Part shown: positions 35,101 through 44,175 of the stretch, piece by piece
Layout of the letters: each line of letters begins with the position of its first letter
Numbering within the stretch: the first letter of the stretch is position 1
Source of the DNA: Catajapyx aquilonaris
Taxonomy: Eukaryota
Assembly: GCA_000934665.2 (NCBI GenBank)
Contig: JYFJ02003265.1
Location: 1 to 44,175, forward strand
Reading direction: 5' to 3'
Length of the DNA: 44,175 bases
Translations under genes and position numbers: made by a program
The notes under the pieces: model-generated
Database searches by the model: none
What the model was told of the DNA's origin: nothing
What the model saw: only the letters and a program-made list of their open reading frames with translations

Positions 35101-35978
35101 ATTCAAAATTAACAATTCTACACTAGAAGCAAATATCACTTGGTCAAGTACAATACGTTTCACAAGAAAACTGAAGTGCATTATGACTTGCTCTTTTTGC
35201 AGGAAAAGGGGGACCACGCAATTTTAAAAATATGGGACGTTAAACCTCCCGAACATAAATATTTGACAACAAAAACATGTTAACTAATGCAGGTCCATCT
35301 CCAGATCCTAATATAAGATGCAAAATTGCACAATACGCAGATATCACAGAAATTGTGAAATGCCACTCGTGCTAAGAATATTATCATACAAGATAGTACA
35401 TTATAACCAGCAAAGGCATTGGCCAATATTGGCCTGTACAGTGTACTTAAAATTAACAAACTGCCAATACTATAACACCAACAACACAAATGATGCATTT
35501 TCATCACGCCAACAACAGTCCATTCTACCAAACCACATATGTGATCCTTTCATCTACCATGCACAGTGGTATCCCACAATCATTGGTGATAATCGTTATG
35601 TATTTTGCTTCAACACAGCCAATATCTAGTTCCTCAGATCTTTGTACGCAATTCCTTTGGGATGCCTCCTTTGCTTCATGACTCTTGTCAAGTACAAAGT
35701 GGGTTCTGAATTAAGTTCATGGCAGGTTCAACTCCTCCCTCCCAACCTGAATAGGGCCAATAAAAGATTAAAGCAATAACTGCACAAAATTCCTTCTTAA
35801 AACAGGGTCAAGATTATCATATGCCATCAAAGCTTACCACTTGGAGCCCGTCCCAAATCATCCTACCTCACGGTATGGTGCAAAACATGGGGAGAGGCCA
35901 TATGTTGTCAACCCCAACATATGTGTGAGAGAGTGTGTATGTGTAGATAGTGTGTGTGAGAGTGTGTTGGATATTATG

Positions 35979-38900
35979 TCAGCGTATAAGGCAAGTGACG
36001 CACAGCTTGGAGGGGCCAATGCAGTCATCATGGCAAAAAGCCCCGCACTTCCTGCACATGATCATTGCGTTCAGGTTGCAGGCACAGTTGCTCTGGCTCT
36101 CACTTGTTGGGGCAGCTATTACTGCTGGTCCAACAGGAGGGGGCATCCCTGTGGTGGTGACAGGTTCCATCTTCACCTCCACCACACCGTTTACCCCATT
36201 GTCCATCACTGCCACCACTGTCCTTCTCTTGTCCATGCTATTGTTGTTTAACAACACTTGGGAGGGTGAATGTGATGGAGAAGGGGCAGGGGACGTGATG
36301 CACGGGGAGAGGGACGTGGGGATTAGATGCACTCCGCTAATTTCCACACTAGCAGGCCTGGGGCCAGGCATGAAGTCTGTCCGGGAAGGTGGGCGAGCTG
36401 GAGGGGCACTCGATGCCCTTCGCTGCTGCTGGTGTTGCTGTTGTAATTGCTGTTGTTGTTGCTGCTGAAGCTGCAATTGCTGCTGGTGTTGCTGCTGCAA
36501 CTGCTGTTGTTGTTGCTGCTGAAGTTGCTGCTGTTGCAATTGCTGCTGTTGCTGTTGAAGTTGCTGCTGCTGCTGCTGTAAGTGTTGCTGCTGTTGTTGT
36601 AGTTGCTGCTGTTGCTGCTGTTGCTGTTGCAATTGCTGTTGTTGCTGAAGTTGTTGATGTTGCTGCTGCTGGCCTGACATGGTCACTGTTGCCAAGGCAT
36701 CTGCAGCCACTTGGTGTGGCATTAGGAGTGGCGATGTAACTTTTGCAGGTCCAATCACTCCTCCAGCAGTTCCACCTGCTACACTTGTCTGCACCAGAAT
36801 GTATTGGCTCACATGGTTTGGAGACGGAACCATGGTACCATCCGGAACCTTTGCAAGAGACAAGGGCAGGCATTAAGTGATTACACATTGATCAGAGCTA
36901 ATCACAAGACATGAAGAGCACAGTGGTCATGTTTTCTAATTTATTTACTCTACCACTGGTGTGCTTCCATAACCTCAGTGGTCCTTAAATTTCCATACCA
37001 AGTGACAGGAACAATAAACTTGTTGCCATTCACCATTCCCCCCTGACAATCAAGTGTGGTAGATGACATATTAGTTCAAAGAAGGGAATGTCCATGAGAT
37101 TGTCGCCCTGACTTTCTTTAACCCTTTGTCCCCCACGCGATGTTGCACTGTTCCCGAGGGGGTTTAAAAAGAGCGCCCTCAGTGAAAATCACTGGATCTG
37201 GCACCATTGGTTTCGCTCTCGACTCATGCACAAGAGGGGGCTGGACATTGCGAGACATACCAATCTACGCTGCATATCGAGAGACAAAAGGTGGCTCAGG
37301 TGTCAAGCAGGCACCGCCAAGAGCTCGGAGCACTCCGCCCGGCCAATAAGGCGCGAGGATGCATTTTATGACCAAAATGGCTCTGGGGGAGATTGTCTAC
37401 CCTTCACAGACCGTTTGGATTTTCCCCCCGCTCAGTGTGACATTTCAGCAATCCAGCGGGATTTAAATGGAAAAGTGACCCCTCTCTAATATACGAAAAC
37501 ACGACTTATTTAGAAAGAGTCATGTCTCGTTGTTAATAAAATGTGGGTTAAGTTCATTTTAAGAGTCCCACATCACCTAAAAAATGGACCTATCCATACC
37601 CCCACCGGACCACATTACGAGATACTTCCACGCAAGTGATTATCATTCATTTACTTTGCCGGACGAGTGTGCTGCATGCGCACATTGCATCTTGGTTAGA
37701 ATTTTGTTTTCTGCAACTTCAGACCTGGCAAGGTAAGTTTACTGGCATTTACTCTCTAAAAGCAGCATTGTATAATTATATCAAATTTTCAAAACATTGC
37801 CTCAGGAATCTCTCGTAAGTGTTGCGCCACGCTGCATTATTTGACACTTACTATATTTTACCGCATTTTACCCACATCATACCACATGTACACAAAAGTA
37901 GGACGTATGGGCTATTCAAAAATGTAATAAAATTTTGCGGAAGTTTGCGCAACTGCATAAAAGTTACTCGTTTTCAGAATGTGCCCCCGCATTCACATAT
38001 GTTTTTTTTTTGACATAATATTTGTGTGTAGCATTAATGACAGTCAGAAGCAAGAGTCATAATCATATTGTACCTCATCAGTTTTGTAATTATGTGAAAT
38101 TATCTCTATCTCTATAAATAAGGAAGTTTGTCTGTTTATTTGTCAATTTGGATGTTTGTCCCTTATAGAAATCCGGGGGAAGGCCCCTACACCGCCTTAA
38201 ATTAGCATATCGGGAGTTACATTTTTCAAGGAATTTAATGCCGCATGTTTCAGCTTCCGAAAATGAACCTAACACCCATAACACGCATATTCCCAATTAA
38301 CCAATTATCAATTACCTATTTAACAATATTCATAGATTTCCATGGTAATGCCCTCATTACATTGTAGGCCTACCACCATAACAATGACCATAACATACCC
38401 GGGCAACGCCGGGTAACCTGCTAGTGGTTAATAAAATTGCACGATTATGTAGGCTCATTATTTTATATGTGATTACTATAAATGCCTATAAAGGCATTAC
38501 AAACCGTTTCTATTGTGCAGTATTATTCATAAAAACCCATTTAAAAATATTCCCGCACATAGTTTTTCACACCGGAATAAAATCCCGCTGGATTGCCAAA
38601 ATGTCACACTGTGCCCCGGCGAAAAGTACGTCGCAGAATTTCAGGACTTTTAAAATGGTTTTCAGCTGCACGTCCACGTACCGTGAAATATGCGGCAGGG
38701 AGCTACGTGTATTTAAATTCGCGCAGTAAGTGTTTGTTTCTGGTTGTTTTAAATGAATGAAACCTTTGGACTATGACGTCGTGCTATTAAAAATATCACG
38801 CGAGTGGCGTAAATATTCATGAACATATCTGAAGGCTATAGTGAAAGCTATTTCAGTGTTGGACATAAATTGAGGCATACTGCTAGCGACATTTTCTGAA

Positions 38901-41900
38901 GCGGCAGAGGAAGGAATCTTGCTCACCCGGCTTGCAGATCTTTATCTTCGATTCCTTCTTCTGCCGATTTGGAAAATGTCACTAGCCATCAGTGCCTCGA
39001 ATGCCTCGATTAATGTCCAACACTGTACCAGTGAACTTTAAAAAATTACTAGGAAAACCCTCGCTCTGCTCGCATTTTCCTAGGGCACAGGCCTAGAAAA
39101 CCACTCACTTTGCTCGCTCTTTTCTAGGCCTGCGGTCTGAGGTACCTATTCGGCGCACCATATCGCTGGGCCCGCAGGGGGAGGGTATAATGTTAGCCCT
39201 CCAGCAGTCTTCGAACAGCCCAATTAGTGAGAAGTGAGAACATGTCTGTCCTGTGTCTGTCATTCCATAAAGGGAACTGACATAAGTGAACAACTTCACA
39301 GTAGTGCCAACTGGGCAACAATACAGAGAACTAATGGACAGTTTCCCCGGCAACCCAACAGAGGAGTTGTTTACACCCCATGGCGCATGATTAGAACACG
39401 GGCCAGTGGGGAGGTGGCGGTAACAATATGCGGCGGACCAATCAGAGGGCTCGGTCAAACACCGCAATAATTTTAATATGATAGATTTTGTTTGGTTGTA
39501 TAATTATACAACCAAATCGGGCCGCGGGAGACAAAGGGTTAAAGTGTAATATTGCAGGTTAGGAACATCCTACAGACTGTCCTATACTTACTCAATAACA
39601 CAAGCACAAAAGTAGCATTTAAAAAATTACAACGTCTCAAAAAAATCAGGTCAAAAATCCAACAGTGCAACACTTATTTACGAGATTCAAAATACTTTTC
39701 AGATGTTAATCAAGCTACGTCCAGTCATGAAATCGTTGATTAATTAATAATGCCACCTAAAAAGGCCTAATTTATGGCAATGTTCACAACTGTTGCTTTT
39801 GAGCTTTTGGAAGCACACCATGAAGTGCAATTGAGTCATCTTTTTCCCATGCACCTAACATATGCAATGTTTCATTTAAATGCAGGGGGTTTCCTGTAAC
39901 TCTGTAAAGACTTGCAGGGGTAATAGAGGGGACCAAGACAAGTATTTTTGACACAAGAACCTGTGTCTGGGAACGCCATCTAGAGGGGGTTCATAGACAA
40001 GGAACGGGTGCGCTCCAACGCTTCACACAGGAGTTGCTACCATGGTTGCTAGGCAAGCTGACTGTTCTGTTGATAGATGGCAAGCAGTTGTTGCCAGGTT
40101 ATGGTGTATCGCGTCGTTGTAAGCAAATAACAACGGGGTACGCCATAACCTGGCAACAACAGAACCGCTGTTTACTCTCCAAGCGTCTCCCAGGAGGCGG
40201 ACTTTAGTTGCTGGACGGGTCTGCTGTTGCCAGGTTATGGCACATAGTGTTTACTATCCGAGCGTCATCTATCAACAAAACAGTCTGCTCGCCTAGCCCC
40301 TCTTGCGTGACGCGTTCCTGGTCTATGAACCCCCTCTAGATGGCGTTTCCGGACATGGGTTCCTATGTCAAAAATACTTGTCTTGGTCCCCTCTATTACC
40401 CCTGCAAGTCTTTACCGAGTTACAGGAAACACCCTGTATAATGAAATAGAATTCAAGTTACTGAAATATGAACTAAAATGTTCCTATTTTGGAATTCAAT
40501 GTATAAATAGCTTTACTTTATAAGCATTTTGTAACACTTGAAATATAAATGAAGCAAGGAAGAGTCACTTACTTGATAAAAAAGCAAGGTGCATTGGGTA
40601 AAAAAATATGTATCACTATGTGTATCACTATACTAAGGACCTTAACAATATAAATTAGTTCTACCACTACATATTTAATTATGTGATGTCACACAACAAT
40701 TTTAAAAATACCAAAACATTACCATTACATTCAGATACCACAAAACTGGGTTAATTCTTGTAAGCAAGTTATTGACATTCGAGGGTGCACGATCCTGCAA
40801 AAACCTCATAAATTTCAGAGCAATCCTGTACAACCTATTAGGAAATATGTGTCAGTATCTTGCACTAATCTACAACAAATAAATATATTTTTTTCCGGTT
40901 CTCTCATGAAAATTTAACATGAAGTTACAAAGCAAGTAATTTCATCTGATATCAGATGAAGTAAAATATTTTTGTCAGTATATATCAAGACATGAACACT
41001 CAGGATGCAGAGGGGGTCGTGCCACTAGCAATAGTGCATAGATGCATATGAGGTAGCAAACCAAGGTAGAGCACATGGACCAAGACAGGTAATACGCTTT
41101 AAAAGCAATGTGTAAACTCTCAACTATGTCAAGCCATTGCACAAAATTCCGTAGAGCCTACCTACCCTGATAGGTCAAAGGTCATGATTTTGCCTACTTT
41201 TTCTGCCCAAAACTTCAGAATTGTCCAATTGTAGTTGCACAAATGAAGATGCTAGTTAGTGAACCTCATATTACAGCTGCAAAAGGTTCTTCCGCCTCTT
41301 GCCAATTATATGGGCATAAAACCAGGGGGCTCTTATGGTAACAGTTCCGGTTGGCAGGATGTCCGAGTTTATGGATTTGCGAAAGCAGGCAGAGGTTTAA
41401 AGCAACATGCTTCCTTCACAAAATCTGCCTGATTTCACACTACTTGGAGCACACAAATAACATTCATTAAGAAAACAATGATTGCCAATTAAATACTAAG
41501 AAGCAGTAAGTCGCTACAACTTTCCCCTACCTAGCCAAATACATAACAAATTATTCAAACAATAAATAAATAACTAAAACAATCACCATTATAAGCAATA
41601 AATTTTCTAGAACCTGGTAAGTGCAGTCTGGAGATAGAACAAGTAATCAAGCCATTCCCAAGCAAGTTAAATGCTAAAATGCAGTATTTCCAAACAAGGC
41701 AAAACAGGGAAGGTGCACAAACTAATTACACTATTACACGAGGTGTTTCCTTCATGCTCACCTGCAGCAGCAAGGCATTCCCAATCCCAGGGGAAGGCCT
41801 GACAAGGTTCACCATGGCTGGGTTCAAATTGCGATGTTGTGGCAGGGGCTGGGCCAGAGTTAAGGACTGGGGAATGGCCATGGGCTGTTGAAGAACTTGT

Positions 41901-42714
41901 GGCAATACCTGGGTTAGGGGCTGGGGCATGGACTGCTGAAGTACTTGCGGTAGGACGTGGGTTATGGGCTGTGTCAGGACGGAGAGAGGCTGCGTTATTG
42001 ACATGGGCTGGGGCAGGGCCTGCGGTAGTGCCTGTGGCAAGGCCTGAGAAAGGGCTTGGGATATTTGCTGTGGAATTTGTTGGGTCATATGTTGGGTCAT
42101 TTGTTGTGTCATTTGTTGTGTCATTTGTTGTGTCATTTGTTGTGTCATTTGTTGTGTCATTTGTTGGGTCATTTGTTGTGTCATTTGTTGTGTCATTTGT
42201 TGTGTCATTTGTTGTGTCATTGCTTGGGTCATTTGCTGGGGCAAGGGTGGACCCATGGGTGGGGGCATGGACTGGGACAAAGACTGGGGCACAGCCTGGG
42301 GTAGACACTGAGGCAGAGATTGTGGCACAGCCTGGGACAGGCACTGGGGCAGGGATTGGGGCACATTCTGGGGTATACACTGCGGCAATGATGGGGGCAA
42401 AGGCTGGGGTGGCAGGGGTGGACCCAGAGGCTGGACTAAGGGTGGGGCCCGATGGGGTACTCCAAATGTTGCTGGGTTCCTCCTTGGTTGTGCTTGCTGC
42501 ACTTGAAATCGCATGCCCCTCTGATGGTAGTGCTGCTGCGGTTGATTTGGAAACAGATGAGGGTTTGGATGCTGTGGATGCTGTTGCATTTGCAATTGTG
42601 GATGCACATGTCGGTTGCTTTGTGGCTGCTGGGTGTGGAACCTGGCTCCACTTACAACTTTGCGTGGATCATATTGCTGCAGGTCTGGCCTGCAAGCTGC
42701 TGTTACAGGTGTCG

Positions 42715-42788
<74 letters not shown>

Positions 42789-43075
42789 GCCTGCTGAAGT
42801 TGCTGTGCCTGCTGCAGTTGCTGTGGCTGTGGGGGTCTTGGTGCTGCCTTCCTAGGTGGAGGTGGTGGTGCAGTGGCTGAAGTGGTAGTACCTGCTATAA
42901 GAGCTGGTGGGGGCTTCAGCTGGAACTTGAGTTGCTCCCGATTAGGGCTGCTCTGAATTACTGCTTGGCAGATCTGGTAGGAGCGCTCCAAGTTCACTGC
43001 TCCAGGTGGAGGTTTTGACGTAGTTTGGCGGGCACCCCCACTAGCAACGCCAGCTCCACCACTTCCAGATCGACT
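35979..43075 (-). CDS. Asx: Additional sex combs (Asx/ASXL), 3' part; exons 43075-41762 and 36848-35979, probable small exon about 43201-43140; 5' part outside the window
   Basis: C-terminal atypical PHD finger [35 protein letters not shown] and the arthropod Asx motif [36 protein letters not shown] donor at 41762 and TTGCAAAG| acceptor at 36848, both phase 0. Confidence 0.95.
36423..36671 (-). repeat. Interrupted CAG/CAA polyglutamine tract in the last Asx exon
   Basis: About 80 codons, mostly Q, interrupted by L and H. Confidence 0.9.
38103..38424 (+). mobile_element. Non-autonomous Helitron
   Basis: A|TCTCTATC 5' end, 3' hairpin ACCCGGGCAACGCCGGGT followed by CTAG|T; inserted in an AT dinucleotide with no TSD. 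Confidence 0.75.
38854..39025. mobile_element. Tc1/mariner-type MITE, same family as 10489-10655
   Basis: CAGTGTTGGACATAAAT...GATTAATGTCCAACACTG|TA with colinear internal sequence. Confidence 0.85.
39049..39485 (-). mobile_element. Non-autonomous Helitron (minus orientation)
   Basis: Minus strand begins A|TCTATCATATTAAAA and ends with the hairpin CTAGGAAAATGCGAGCAGAGCGAGGGTTTTCCTAG|T, preceded by a similar duplicated hairpin. Confidence 0.7.
39883..40436. mobile_element. Fully palindromic Tc1/mariner-type MITE
   Basis: CAGGGGGTTTCCTGTAACTCTGTAAAGACTTGCAGGGGTAATAGAGGGGACCAAGACAAGTATTTT ... AAAATACTTGTCTTGGTCCCCTCTATTACCCCTGCAAGTCTTTACCGAGTTACAGGAAACACCCTG|TA. Confidence 0.85.
42077..42232 (-). 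repeat. Coding 12-bp minisatellite, 13 units, encoding (MTQQ)n in Asx
   Basis: Plus-strand unit TTGTTGTGTCAT; translates as MTQA(MTQQ)10MTQHMTQQ. Confidence 0.95.
42716..42787 (-). repeat. Near-pure CAG polyglutamine tract in Asx
   Basis: (CTG)n run on the plus strand with three TTG codons, in frame with the Asx exon. Confidence 0.9.
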
Positions 43076-44175
43076 CTATACAAGCAAGAAAAAATAAGGA
43101 GTCAAAAATAAATCCAACAACCAAGTCAATCTCTCTTACTTCGTCATGCTGAGATCCCAAACTCATACTCTCTTCTACTTGGCATCCCCGCAGTATGTCA
43201 GCTTTACGCTGGCAAACATGTACAAACACATATATAAACATTGTGGGGGATGAGGCAGGGAAGGAGTAGAGCTAAGAATGCAAGCAACATTAGGTTGTAA
43301 GTACGAGTAATTGATCACTTGAAATTTGCATGTCCCACACCGAATTTTGTCATGAAGAGACAGGAGAAACAACACAGTAAATATGCACAAAAGTGATGTC
43401 GTAAGAGAAGTGTCTCTTGCTCATGTCCTTATGAATATAACAACAGGAGAAGGGAGAACCACTAACTGATTTGGTCCAAGCAACAGCATGCCAATGTCTT
43501 CTCTTGTGCTACTGTATGATAAAGCCCCGTCACATAGTTCTAATAGTAATTCCTATCAGTGGGTTAAATCACAGAATGACATTCAGTTCCAGATGAAGTT
43601 CTCCATGAATAATGAGAGACTGGTACTCCCAGTGTCAATTATCAATTATATATCAATATCAATTAATAAATACATAAAATTGGTTTTCTTTGGTGCCTCA
43701 AGCAATTTTCATATTATTCTAAAGCTTTATTTATGGACAAATATATAATTCCCATTACATACTCTCATTTGTTAATATCCCGATGCTCACGAGAATGCTC
43801 ATCACATAACTGTCCATGACATTTAGAGAGCCAACCAGGCGCGTCAGAAGTGAGCATTGGGACCTTTATAAAAGGGGTGGGAGAAAGGGCAAGGAATAAG
43901 TGGCTGCTGATGAGTGAGGATGTGCCTTTTTGGACTGACCCAAATGAGATATAACTAGAGACACTGGAATTTGTTGGAATGAAAATTGAAAATTGATGGA
44001 ATGAAATGGTAAAATTGCTGGAATGAATCAAGAAATTGTTGGTATACAAGGAAGTTGATTTCCACACTGAAAAAAAAACAGACGGTCTCATTGTTTGCTT
44101 TCATGTGCAAACGATGACAGAATTTCCAAGTTGGTAAGTGACAAATTCGTGCGTTTATCAGAGAGCACCATGGGA

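Larger units (their letters stand above)
37122..39538. mobile_element. Non-autonomous piggyBac-like element (TTAA TSD) carrying three nested insertions
   Basis: TTAA|CCCTTTGTCCCCC ... GGGAGACAAAGGG|TTAA; no transposase ORF inside. Confidence 0.8.

Noticed and set aside
35841..36888. Ala/Val/Thr/Cys-rich ORFs overlapping the last Asx exon
   Set aside because: Other-frame readings of the CAG/CAA tract.
42077..42232. Regular short repeats suggestive of a CRISPR-like array
   Set aside because: Head-to-tail 12-bp units with no spacers, in frame within a eukaryotic exon.
41667..42880. Alternative-frame and antisense ORFs (TTND repeats, VVSF repeats, poly-A/L/C)
   Set aside because: Shadows of the Asx polyQ and MTQQ repeats.

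Overview
Eukaryotic, intron-containing genomic DNA, most likely from an insect. This is inferred from the gene set, GT-AG introns, (CCTAA)n tracts inside a MITE and tRNA-derived SINEs. No prokaryotic features, rRNA or CRISPR arrays were seen. Splicing the exons by hand gives, left to right: two partial THAP zinc-finger ORFs (-); a 6-exon NRBP/Madm pseudokinase (+, 545 aa); a 7-exon long coiled-coil gene (-, 754 aa); an 84-aa, 3-exon histone-fold ORF resembling CENP-W (-), which the ORF track misses; a reticulocalbin-2-like CREC protein (+, ending QDEL); and the 3' part of Additional sex combs (Asx, -). The most striking structure is that the CENP-W-like ORF stops inside the same exon in which the coiled-coil ORF starts 3 nt later (CAG TAA AAA ATG). 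This suggests a bicistronic (stop-reinitiation or readthrough) transcript from an E2F-type bidirectional promoter shared with the reticulocalbin gene. The reticulocalbin gene also carries two phase-identical duplicated EF-hand exons that can only be used mutually exclusively. Introns are packed with nested non-autonomous elements: foldback/MITEs, SINEs, Sola, mariner, piggyBac and Helitrons. All gene models and family calls come from reading the sequence and from recalled family motifs; no database search was run.
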